From assembly GCF_009914755.1 (NCBI RefSeq), contig NC_060927.1: 64,000 nt of DNA. One strand, given 5' to 3'. Within the stretch, counting starts at the first letter, position 1; each line of letters begins with the position of its first letter. The position numbers were made by a program, and so were the translations under genes. This stretch comes from the human T2T-CHM13v2.0 reference genome, Homo sapiens. Positions 41,249 to 53,115 of this stretch are shown piece after piece. Under the pieces are notes generated by a model. That model worked only from the letters and a program-made list of their open reading frames with translations, was not told where the DNA came from and searched no databases.

Positions 41249-42508
41249 TTCTGATGAGGCTTCAGATGGAACTGAGGAACATCGTATTGGAAACTGGAGT
41301 AAATGCTGCGCTTGTTATAAATTGGCAAATATGTTGCCTGAATTGTGGATGCTCAAGGGCTTTGTGGAAGGCCAAATATGAGAGTGAAAAACTAGGATGT
41401 CTGGCAGAAGAAATTTCTAAGAAAATTATAGGAGATACAGAGTTACTTCTGGCTGCTTATACTGAGATTCAGGAGCAAAAGAATAACTTAGAACAATTTA
41501 TAAATAAAAAGGGAAGCAGAGTGGAGAGATTCGAAAAAGTTTCAACCTAGCCACGTAAAGGGTAAAACAAAATGTCTTTAGGAGAGGAAACCAAGGGTGT
41601 GGTGTGGATAGAAAAGAAGCAGGTGCAATTTCACACATGGTAAAATAGAACCTAAAGGCATTTTAGAGATCTTCAAGGCTGCTGCTCTCATCACAGGCCC
41701 TGAGGCTTATGAAGGCACAATGGTTTCAGGGGATAGGCCTAGGGCACTCTCCATGGGCTCACTACCCAGAGCTGCCTCAGTTCTCTGCTCCTGGAACCCC
41801 ACACTCCAGCACAGCACCCAGTGGCTGCTCCAGCCATGATACAGCCCCAGGTGTGGCTCACGCTGCAGCTCTGTAAAGCAGATCATAAACCTTAGTGGCA
41901 TTCACCGTGTGCTAATACTGCAAATGTGCAGAAAGCAAGAGCTGTGGATGCTTAGCAGCCTGTACCCAGATTTCAAAAGATGTCATCAAAATAATAGGGG
42001 TACAGGGAAGAGACGTGTAGGGACTCAAGCACTGCAGAGAGCCCCTGCTAGAGCAATGCTGAACATAAATGTAGGGTTGGAGCTGCTGCAGAGTTTCTAT
42101 TAAGGCAAAATCCAGTGGAAACGTGAGAGCAGGAAAGCCACCAAGAATCCAAAGCTGTAGAGCAACCAGTATCCAATACCAGCCTGGAAGAGCTGAGTGG
42201 ACTGAGGCCAGCAAATTTAAATGGGGCAGGGATACCCAAGGCTTTGGGGGCCCTGGTACAGGGTGCTTCAGACTTGTTTTAAAACTGGTACCCCTTTCTT
42301 CTTGCCTTTTTCTCCCTCTTGGAATGGAAAAAAAACCTCTCCTTTTCCTATCAGCGTATCTTGTAATCTAGATACATTATTTTGATTTCAGAGGTTCACA
42401 GATGAGTCTTTGACTTCTGAGTTGGTGCTAGACTATGTTAAGACTTTGACTTTATGAAGATGGAATGAATGTGGGAAAGACATGAGCTTTGGGGAACAAG
42501 GGGTGGAA
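41249..42508 (+). mobile_element. MaLR (MST-type) internal region, 5'-truncated
   Basis: CAGATGGAACTGAGGAACATCGTATTGGAAACTGGAG; CTAGGATGTCTGGCAGAAGAAATTTCTAAG; ends GGGGTGGAA before the LTR. Confidence 0.8.
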
Positions 42509-42982
42509 TGTGGTGGTTTAATGTCCCCTCCATAGCTCATATTGAAGCTTAACTTCCAATGTGACAGTATTAAGAGGTAGGATCTTTATGAAGTGATTGG
42601 ATCATGAGGGCTCTACTTTCATGAGTGGATTAATCTATTTAGGTATTCATAGATTAGTGGGTTAATGGATTAATGAGTTACTATGGGAGTGCAGTGTGTG
42701 ACCTTGTAAGAAGAGGAAGAAGGACCTAAGCCAAGCTAACATGGTAGCATTGTAGCACACTCAGTCCTGAGCTAGCACTGTATCATATGAATAGCTCAGT
42801 CCCCTTGCAATATCATGCCCTGCACTACCTCAGGATGCAGCAGAGTCCCCACCAGTAAGAATGCTGTCTCCAGATGCACCCCCTGGACTTTGAACTTCCT
42901 GGCCTGTGTAACTGTAAGAAACAAATTCCTTTCATTATAAACTACCCTGTTTCAGGAATCTGGTTATAAGCAGCAGAAAACA
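42509..42982 (+). mobile_element. MaLR MSTD-like LTR
   Basis: TGTGGTGGTTTAATGTCCCCTCC...GGGTTAATGGATTAATGAGTTA...TTATAAGCAGCAGAAAAC. Confidence 0.8.
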
Positions 42983-43261
42983 AAGTCATCCATTTATGGA
43001 TATTCAATTGTTCTACCACCAGCTGTTTAAAAATATTATCAATTCCTAATTGAAATTCTTTTGCATCTATGCCAAGAATGAACTCACCTACATGAAGTAA
43101 AGTATCACCAGAAAATGATGAAGAAAATGGGCCCAAGCAGTATCTTGCCACCTGTCTACCTGTAGAGGTCTTCAACCAGAGCACTGGTTGTTCCACCTGG
43201 CCTGGGGACTACGGGAGAGAAGAAGCCTTCTCTCTAGGGAAGGCTGGGGTGAATCCCTAAA

Positions 43262-45250
43262 GGAAGAAACACAGAACAGAATATTTGGTTCAACAACAAA
43301 TAGAAGAAGCTACTGAAGCAGCTTAAAGTTACATAATACTCAGGAAAAAAATGGACTTGTGCAAAGTAAATTTGGAGGTGATAAAGCATTGGATAGCAAA
43401 ATGAATAAAATCAATTTCTAAATTTCAAAATGACATTGTGATTGAATTTATATTCAACCAGTTGTAGGTGAAGACTCCAAATTCCAAAATAATGCAAATC
43501 AATCTGACTGGATTTTTTAATTAAAATGCTAGAAAATTTATTGGAGAACTATATCTAGTGCTGTTATATACACACAAAAAAATGTCTGGGATCCATTTTA
43601 CTTTCAAAGAAATCAAAGAAAAATAAATAAAACAGGTATAGATTGACCAAGACATTTTGCGTCTATAAAAAAGGAAGATGAAGACAAACATAAGACAAAA
43701 AAGGAAAAGAAGGAAAGCAGCAATTAAAAAATAAAACAGTTCTAGAAGCCTAAGAAGATACTAATCCAGATTGTCTTCCCCTATCAGCCCATCTTTCTGT
43801 GTCAGGAAACAGAGACAGGGCATTTACTCTTGATCTTCTTTTCACAGAACCAAGAGCTGGAGAGTCCTTTTGTTTCTAAAGAGGAGAAATCCAGCATACT
43901 CAAAACCTGCATTGAAAGTAAAAACAAAATTTGGTGCAAGAGGCTACCTCTATTAGTGATAGTCTAAAGGTTTCCAAACCTAAACCTGTGTCAGAGTGTA
44001 GAGAATATTCTCTTGGAAAAAAATTGAAACAGAAAATGACAAAAAAAAAAAAAAAATCATTCAGTCATGTTCCAAATTGGGATTCCAGATATATTGTAGC
44101 TGTTTTTTTTTTCTTCACACTCACCTGCACCAGGGCCATTGATCTTAATGAAGATCACATCTGCCTAAGAGGTGACCTAGTTCAAGAAGGTGGCAATTCC
44201 TCAAAAGATAACTTTACCAAAGACAAATGCTTTCTCTATGGAGGCATAAAATATGAAGATCTCCAGTGAGATGTCAATATCCTTAACTGGAAGCAGCTCA
44301 TTGTCCTCCTCATCTCCTCCAGGTCATCACCAAATAAACCTTCCAAGAAAAAATCTACTCCAGGAAAAGCTAGCAGATTATCTTCTTTAGCAAGTCCTCA
44401 AAGGTAAATGCACTGGCTGTTACCTCCAGCAACTCCCTTATCCAAAACTCCTCATGCCTCAATACCATACTTTCAAACTGTCTCTTAAATGAAGGAAATC
44501 ACAGTCTGCACAGCAGAAATTCAAGATCTCCCACTCTTCACCTCTCAGAGAAGCTTCCCAGTCCCTCAGGAATATTTGCCTTCTTTATTATCAAAATATA
44601 AGAGAGATCCTTTTCTGAGCTGATTTATCCAGGAGGCCTCATCATCATAAGCAAACAAATGATATGTGCCATCACTACAAGCTGGAGCTCCTCAGATCAC
44701 CTTAAGCCCTTTCCCTCTTTCTTCTCCCACTTGACCCCTCTCCTAAGAGGATCAGCAGCAGCATGGTACCACATCTCCAAGTACTAGATCCATGATTCCA
44801 GAACCCAAAAAGACAAAAACAAAACAGCCTCAGCAAGCTCTTAGTCTGTAAGGAGAGCCTCATACTCTATATTTATTTAGGGATTTTATGATTCATCAAC
44901 CAAAAAACAAAACAAAGGAATCTTCAGCCCTGTTTAGTCTAAGTCACCCATTAGCAGCTATACAGTCGTTTTTACTGTACCAGTGAGAAAGGCTAAAAGC
45001 CCAACTCCAAGCCTACCACTACCAGAGAATTTGAACCACAACCAAAGTTTAAAGAAAAAAAAATTTAAAAAGGCAAGACTTTTTTTAAAAAAAGTATAAG
45101 AAGCGCACAAAAAAGAACAACAAACTCAAGGAAGAAAAGGCTGTGAGCTGCATCCCCTGCATTCATTGCCTCTCCCACAACCACATCAGTGCATGAAGAA
45201 CCGGAGACAGAGATAGAGCCCAAAGGGAGAGTGTAAGTTTCCCAAGTCCT
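43262..45250 (+). pseudogene. SRRM1: Processed pseudogene of SRRM1 (SRm160 splicing coactivator)
   Basis: Intronless, with stops and frameshifts. Translates GRNTEQNIWFNNK*KKLLKQLK...MDLCKVNLEVIKHWIAK*...DIVIEFIFNQL*VKTPNSKIMQINLTGF (SRRM1 PWI domain: GTSAEQDNRFSNKQKKLLKQLK...KVNLEVIKPWITK...VIEFIFNQLEVKNPDSKMMQINLTGF), VQEATSISDSLKVSKPKP, decayed RS/P region, RKAKSPTPS, Lys-rich tract and a terminal QVSPQS-like end. The symbol is that of the parent gene; I cannot assign the P-number. Confidence 0.93.
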
Positions 45251-45267
45251 TACCAAAAGCACAAACC

Positions 45268-45367
45268 TGTACAGCAGGCAGAACTGTGAGCCACTTAAAT
45301 GTTTTTTCTTTATAAAGTACCCAATATCAGGTATGTGTTTACAGCAGTACGAGAACGGACTAATGCA
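45268..45367 (+). mobile_element. MST/THE1 LTR 3' fragment
   Basis: GCAGAACTGTGAGCCACTTAAA...TTTATAAAGTACCCAATATCAGGTATG...GAGAACGGACTAATGCA. Confidence 0.75.
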
Positions 45368-45425
45368 TTTTCCCCCCTCCTAGCTCTTTCTTTTGGAAGG
45401 GGAGATAACAAAATTGGTTTCATAA

Positions 45426-45827
<402 letters not shown>

Positions 45828-46802
45828 TTGCGTGGGTCTATTTCTGAACACACCCTTCTATTCCATTGCCTTTGTCCTTTCACTAGTATCACATTGTCTT
45901 GATTACTGTGACATTCACATTAGGTTTTGAAATCAGGTAGTGTGAGTCCTCCAGCTTTGTTTTTTATTTCCAAGATTGTTTTGGATATTTCTTTGTCTTT
46001 CTACAGAAATGTAAGAAATAGCTTGTAAATAGCTATAAAAACTATCATGTTTTTATTGGTTTTGCTTTGAATCTACATATCACTTTGAGGAGAACTGAAT
46101 TTTCCAACACATATATGGTATGTCTATCTATTTACATACAGAAGATACAACACCTAGAAGACGAAGAAATACTTCCCATATATTTTTAAGAGATCCTCAT
46201 TATTTTAATGCCAAAATCAGATCAAGATAATACAAGAAATAAAACCACAGTCTAATAGCCCTTTTAAACATAACACATCTGGGTATGATTTTTTTTGTAA
46301 TAGAAAATGTTAAACTATACATTCAATTTATTTTATAATTGGGAGAATATTGATGTTATCAGCTTCTTTTTGAGTGATTTGCTCAATGTTAACATCTATT
46401 TTTAATTTTAATAACTAATTATATTGCTTTTCAAGAAGGCTATTATAAATTACTCTTTTGAAAGCAATCTATGACAGTTTGTTTTTCCTACAGTGCTAGA
46501 GAAGTAGTAGTATTCACAATTTTTAATTTTTACTAAACATATTGACAAACATTATTTCATTTGTACTTTAAGTTATAATTACATGATGAAGTGTGACTAA
46601 GTATATTTGTTACTACTTATATTTATTATTATTTTGAATTTACTATTTTATAACTTGCCTAATCAAGTATAAGAAAAATTTCCACTGTACATATTTACCA
46701 ATGACACATGGATCATGGGCTTTATTTCCCTTTTGTAGATGCACGTGTTTGTTTTGTTTGACTAGGTGTGGGGAGGTTGCATGGTATGTAAAGCTCATTA
46801 AG

Positions 46803-47020
46803 TAGTGATCAGCATACTAAAGCATATAGACCAAATCTGGCCTATATTTAGTTTTATAAAACATAGCCATGCTCATTTCTCCATATATTATCTATAGCTA
46901 ATTTTACACTGTGACAGCAGAATTGAGCAGAGTTGAGTATTTTCAAAAAAGATTGCATGACCCGCAAAACTGAAAATAATTACTATCTAGCTGTTTACAG
47001 GAAAAGTTTACTGACCTATG
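46803..47020. mobile_element. MER58-like hAT element
   Basis: ACATAGCCATGCTCATT...GACAGCAGAATTGAG...TACTATCTAGCTGTTTACAGGAAAAGTTTACTGACC. Confidence 0.65.
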
Positions 47021-47769
47021 TAACAAACCATAGATAATAGGATTTAGAACTGAAAGGAATAAAACATACACTTTAATTCTTTATTTGCAGATAAGGAGAC
47101 AGAATAAAATCATGGAATAATTGGCCTACATAAATGCATCCAGATACTGTTACCAAAAATAAGAACTCTGACCGCTTTGGTTTTGTTTCATTATTTTTCT
47201 ACTCTACTCATGTTTATCTTCATCTTCAAAATCAGTAGATATGGACATTTATTATAGAAACTTAACAAAAAAAAACCTTTGGTAAAGAGCTATTAAGCAG
47301 ATTATAAATATTTTTACCACAACAAGATCTTGCCTGAATCACAAATGATGTTTTATAAGATTGATTATCAAGTTCTTGAAAATATGATCAATATGAGTAT
47401 GTCATGTCAACCATCATCTGAGTAGAATCAATATCTAAAAACACTAATCTTTGCAGAGGGTAAAAATTTTTCCATTATAATGTTTGACAGTGCTTAAAAT
47501 TATTTAAGCATTCAAGTCACATAGCCTAAGTATTTAGATTATAATATATAATAATAGATATTATTACAGTAATATACTTATATTTTAATATTAAGAATTT
47601 AGATCTAATAATAAAAATGAGCATAGCTAAAGATTGTTAGGAAATGACATCACCCCTTTGCCCTTATCATTCCTCAAACATCCTACTATGAATTCTTTTG
47701 TTTTCCATCGTGAACTTTGTATACAGATAAGCAGTTTTTAGTAAACTTGTTTTATTTAAGATAATTGAA

Positions 47770-48152
47770 TGTATTAGTTTGTGGGTTATCATAAGAAATA
47801 CCACACACTGGAGGCTTTAACAACAGAAATTTATTTTTTCACAGTTTGAAGGCTGGAAGTCTGAGATCAAGGTGTTAGCAGAGTTTATCTTATTCTGAGG
47901 CCTCTCTCTTGGCTTGTGGATGTGTGTCTTTTCCCTTTGTCTTCGCATCATCTTTCCTCTGTATCTGTGTCAAAATTTCTACTTCTTTTAAGGATATCAG
48001 ACATACTGGATTAGGGCCCACAAACATAACCTCATTTTACCATAATTGTCTGTTTAAAGGTCCTGTTTCTAAATCCAGTCACTTTTTGAAGTACTGGAGA
48101 TTAGGACATCAACATATGCATTTGGAGGGAGGGGAACAATTCTGCTCATACC
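47770..48152 (-). mobile_element. MaLR MLT1B/C-like solo LTR
   Basis: TGTATTAGTT...ACAACAGAAATTTATTTTTTCACAGTTTGAAGGCTGGAAGTCTGAGATCAAGGTG...GGATTAGGGCCCAC. Confidence 0.8.
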
Positions 48153-48280
48153 AATATACTGCCCTGATATTGTCCCATATTATTCATTGACATATTGGGA
48201 CCATTTAAAGTGTATTCATGATAGAAATGAAGAAGTTGTTGTTGTAACTTGATGTTTTATCCTGTGAAAATGGTGATTCA

Positions 48281-49398
48281 AGCTGGGCATGGTGGATCAT
48301 GCCTGTAATCCTAGCACTTTGGGAGGCTGACGTGAAACAGGACATTTCCCTGACCCCTTAGTGGGTGAGAACTGGAATGTGAGCGCTAGAACTAGCCAAT
48401 GGCTTTGGCACCAGAGAGAGAACTCCACTCACTCAAACCCTCTGTGCTCATCCCCTCACAGGAGAAAGCATACATGTGAGCTGGTGCAGGAGCTGGGGTG
48501 AGGGCTTTTTGGCTCCGGCAGGAACAAACTCCATACTGGCCCTGCATTAGGATCTAGCGGGGTGTCTGTGACCCTTGAAGCCCCAGAAGGAGTGTTACAG
48601 TCAGTGTTATTCTCTTTTAGCTTTGCCATCTGCAAATGGTCGTGTTGACAGCTCAGTGGAAGGTCAGTTTGACAGCCTTCTGCACCTGCAACTGAGTTCT
48701 TGTCTGGCATCCAGGAGGAATGAAGTTGCGCAAACGAATTTGAAGGATGGTAAACGCAAGGGATTTTATTGCTGATGAACGTGACTCTCAGCAGGAAGGG
48801 GAGCTGAAAAGGGGATGTAACAGGAAGCTAATCTTCCCCTGGAGTCCAGCCATCCCTGGCTAGACTCCTCTCTGAAGCTATGCCAATAAGTTAAGTTGTC
48901 CCTCTGAAATAAAGCCACTTCTCTCCAACCACAGTCTCCAACATCCAGCTGCGTCTCCTCTCTCCTCCTCTAGTGGAACCCAGGGTTTTTATATGCACAG
49001 GATGGGGGTGGGGTAGGCCATCAGTGGTTTTGGAAAAGGCAAAATTTGAGCAGGAAAACAAGAATGTATGTTCTCACTTTGGGCCGTGGTTCCAGAAATT
49101 CTGCCCAGAATTCCCCTGCCTTCTGTCCCTGTCAGAGGCAGGCAGATCGCTCAAACCCAGAAATTTGAGACCAGCCTGGTCAAGATGGCCAAACCCTGTC
49201 TCTACAAAAAAAATACAAAAATTATCTGGGTGTAGCGTCATGCGTCTGTGGCCCCAGCTACTCAGGAGACTGGGGTGAGAGGATCACCTGAGCACTGGGA
49301 GGTCCAGGCTGCAGTGAGCTGTGCTTGCACCACTGCACTACTGCAGCCTGGGTGACAGAGTGAGACCTTGTTTAAGAAAAAAAAAAAAAAAAAAAAAA
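48281..49398 (+). mobile_element. AluJ-like SINE split by an LTR (48281-48332 and 49135-49398)
   Basis: Left arm stops at GGGAGGCTGACG and resumes GAGGCAGGCAGATCGCT after the LTR; poly(A) to 49398. Confidence 0.9.
48333..49134 (-). mobile_element. MER52/LTR27-group ERV1 solo LTR
   Basis: TGA...TCA termini, 4-bp TSD GACG/GAGG, GAAGGAGTGTTACAG...CTCTTTTAGCTTTGCC and TATAAAAA on the minus strand. Subfamily uncertain. Confidence 0.7.
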
Positions 49399-51689
49399 GA
49401 CCATTCGGATACACAGATACATTAAATATTTACATGATATAGAATAAAAACGAAGAAAAAATGTAACCGGAGGGATGTTTTACAAATCTAAACTTTAGGA
49501 TACGGAGAAAAATAGTGGTGCTTTCAATATTTAAAAAGAAGCTAGAATGGGAAAGCTAAGATCTACTTAGTAATTAAAGTATAAATTCTAAGTCCTGTTT
49601 ATACTAAAGTGATCTACTGGGAAGAAAATGATTGAATTTTTTTTTTGTTTCATATATGATCTTTAAAATGATCATTGGATTTGAGCTTGCCAATTCTAAA
49701 ATGACTTTGATTTGGGATTTGGGATTCCTTTCTCATTATATTTTGTTGTTTTTCTCCTTCATTGATTTAAATCCACCATGATCATAATTTGTCACTCAAA
49801 TTCACAAAAAAAAGAAAAGAAATAAATATAGTCATATTTATTCATATATCAAAAGAAATCATTTATTTCACAGGCCTTAGGTTATCTGGAAATACTATTT
49901 CAGATCTACTGTTAGTTACAATGTTTAGGTACTAGTTTTCCTATTAGTATTTCTCAGTTGTCCAGTCATTTTTCTAATTGGTCATTGACTTTGCTGACTT
50001 TGTTATGCCTTATAGGCAACATTGATGTTTAGTAACAATGATAACAACAATAATAAGCAGCATCCACATTTTTAGGACAGTAATCACTGTTTCTATTTCT
50101 AAACCATAAAAACATTCAAGAAGGTTTTCAAATGACATATTTGACACTCATAATCCAAAAATAAAATTTGATTCATCATACAGGACCAACAACATCGCTG
50201 CTAAATGTCCCTACTGAAATGTAGACACCTGAAAAGTCAATGTAACTTTAAGGACTCCTATAGAATTCTCACTGAAGATATCTAATTATTATTGATAATA
50301 TTTTTTACTTTATAAATTGGAAACCAAATGGGATCAAGTGACTTGTTCAAATGTATGTAGAACAGGCAAGTAAAATAATCACCTGATTTATTTTACATTT
50401 TAGTTGCATGACATGAATGTGTTAAATCAGTGGAGATACATATCTTCAAATTATTAGTTTGAAAATTATGCTTGTATTATTTTAACAAAAGAAATATATT
50501 CCATTGTGGACAAGATGGACAAGGCAAACACCCATACTTGCTCACTTGTACAGAATCTCTGAGGTTAAATTGAATTTCATATTAAATTTAGTACAAATAA
50601 CTTATTTTTAAATTTTATTTAAATAAAATAAAACTTCATGCATACAAATAAATAATAAGTATTTTTATAATGGTGCAGTTTACATCACCACATTGATGCA
50701 TACTTACATTTTTGGCTGATTATTATTATAAGACTTTCTTTTATAGGAAATAAAGAAAAATGTTTATGAAGGACTCTTAATGTTTCCTTTATACCACCTT
50801 CATGGTTTCTGGCTACTATATTTGGATTATTTGAACTACAGCTTAAATCCCTGTAGCTATCTGTAGTATTCAGAAGACTTGTTTTCATATGAAAAGGCAT
50901 TTCTGAATACAGACAATAATCTTTTCAAGTTTTAAGGCTGCTGTTAGCATTTGCTACTACTGAGGATCAACTGCCATGAGCTACAAAGAAATCACAAACT
51001 CCAACCCTCCTGCTAAGTAGAAAATCCAAAATGGCAGAAGGAAGTGTTTTAGCTCCCAAGATAAATTGTGAAGACCTTAACTGCTTGAAAATCTACCTTG
51101 TACAGGACAACATAAGAAAACACCAAGGATAGAAAACACAACCAAGTAAACAAAGACCAACCCTCAAATACAATTCAAAATGGAAAGTCATAGAGAGCAG
51201 TAGTCATAAAGGTAAGGTGAAGAAAACCATGACAATCTTATTTTCAGATTAAATAACTACCTTCAGAAATATAATATGATCTGAATTTTATAATATCAAA
51301 TTTAAGCACTTTTTAATAAGCCAAGTTTTCATATAATAAGATTTTTTTCTAGTCTGGTTTTCAAAGAGAGTTTAGCCCTTTTGCTGCATAATGTATCCTT
51401 TTATAATCATTATTATATGACAACTGTAAGTTATATACTTATAAGAAAACAAGTTTCTGCATGTGTACTATATAATAATCTATTTTATATGCATACCTTA
51501 ATACATACATAGAGAATTCTGGAAAATTATTATTAAAACATTAATGATGATAATATGAGTAACTTAAACTTTTATATTTATATTTTTGCAAATTGACATT
51601 TGTTTTATCATACTGACATTTTTACAACATAAATAAGCAAAAAAATCTATTATATAATGATTCCTAAATATAGATTTTCAATCCTGATA

Positions 51690-52190
51690 TACTTCTAAAT
51701 TTCAGACTCATAAATTCTTCTTTTAATTGAAAATCTATGTTTAGAATTGTAACTAGCATCTCAAACAACATTACAAAGCAAACCTCTTGACTTCTACCAT
51801 CAAACTTGTTTGTTTCACAGTATCTGCCTATCTCAGTAAGTGCTTAGCCATTCCAATTTTCCAGTCTATCAGACAAAATATCTTGCAGTCATCTTTGACT
51901 CCACCTTCTAGCAAGTATCTTAATTCAAATCTTGTCAACTTTATCATAGAGATATGCTTTGAATCCTACCATTCTTCCTCACCTAGGCTGTGGGCATCTT
52001 AGGCTAAGCTCCCAGCATGTTTGATGTTGGCCTCCATGTTTGAACTGGTCTCCTTGTTGTTACCCTTATTCCTTTATGGTCTGCATCCAACAATACAGAG
52101 TAAACCTTTGAAAATACAGCTCAAGTTTTGGCATCCTCTGTTGAAAATCATCAGAAATTTTTTCTATTGTTAAAATTCCAAATTCTTATT
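51690..52190 (+). mobile_element. L2 fragment
   Basis: GCATCTCAAAC...TATCTCAGTAA...CTTGCAGTCATCTTTGACTCC. Confidence 0.55.
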
Positions 52191-52211
52191 GTAATATGCA
52201 GAGGCTACCCA

Positions 52212-52688
52212 ATGTCAATTTACACCCATTCTACTTTTTTTTTCAGTAACAGAATTTTGTTTTTATTTGGAGTGGCATAGTGATTATCCCCAGAATTACA
52301 TTCCCTATTATGCCTTATATAGAGAGGTAAGATGGAAGCTGACAAGATATAACCAGAAATGTTTACATGGTGCTTTCAGGAATGTTCTACAATGGTAGTA
52401 AGTCCAAGTGGCACCCCTGGTTTGTACTTGCTCTTTTCTGTTTTCAGCATACTAAAATGAAGTGTGTCATTTAAACTTGGCAGCTATCCTACAAGCAAGT
52501 GGATAAGGACCACACCCTATGGAGAATGTAAAAATAGAATTACCCTGAGTACTTAATGAAAAACTGGAGCCATCATAACAGCCCTGGACCTCTTATGTGA
52601 TAAAGCTTTAAAATATATATATATTTAAAAGAAAAGTTGTTATTTGAGTTTTCTATTGCATGCACCTAAACAGTCTCTAATGGTTACA
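52212..52688 (+). mobile_element. Old MLT1J/K-like LTR
   Basis: CAGTAACAGAATTTTG near start; GTTATTTGAGTTTTCTATTGCATGCACCTAAACAGTCTCTAAT at end. Confidence 0.45.
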
Positions 52689-52738
52689 TGTGTTCTTTAG
52701 AGCTCTAGATTTACCTACACCTAGTTCAGTAACCTGCC

Positions 52739-53115
52739 TGTATTAATTTGCTCAAACTGCTTTACAAAGTATCAGAAAACTGGGTGGATTAAAACAACAG
52801 AAACTCGTCTCACAATTCTGGAGGCTAGAAGTCAGAAATCCATGTATCAGCACGGCCATGGTTCTTCTGAGACTCTGGGGCAGAGGAGAAGGCAGTGTGA
52901 AGACAGAGGCAAGAGATTGGAGCAATGCAGCTGGAAACAAGGAAGTTGAAAGACATAAGGAAGAATTCTCTACTAGTGCCTCCAGAGGGAGTGTGGCCCT
53001 GCAGAAACTTTCATCTAAGACGCTGGCCACTAAAACCCCAAGAGAATAAATTTTTATTGTTTTAAGGCACCCGGTTTGAAGGAATTTGCTACAGTACCCT
53101 CAGGAAGCTAACACA
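52739..53115. mobile_element. Two MLT1 3' halves fused back to back (52739-52880 minus, 52881-53115 plus)
   Basis: Left TGTATTAATTTGC...CTGGGTGGATTAAAACAACAGAAA...; right ...AATAAATTTTTATTGTTTTAAGGCACCCGGTTTG...GGAAGCTAACACA. Confidence 0.75.

Noticed and set aside
41254-41550. 98-aa ORF as a gene
   Set aside because: Residual MaLR internal ORF (LGCLAEEISK), truncated at both ends.
43931-44269. 112-aa ORF as a functional SRRM1-like CDS
   Set aside because: Only the first ~35 residues are in the SRRM1 frame; the PWI domain upstream has several stops and frameshifts.
50590-50670. TTTTATTTAAATAAAA palindrome
   Set aside because: Expected by chance in >80% AT sequence.
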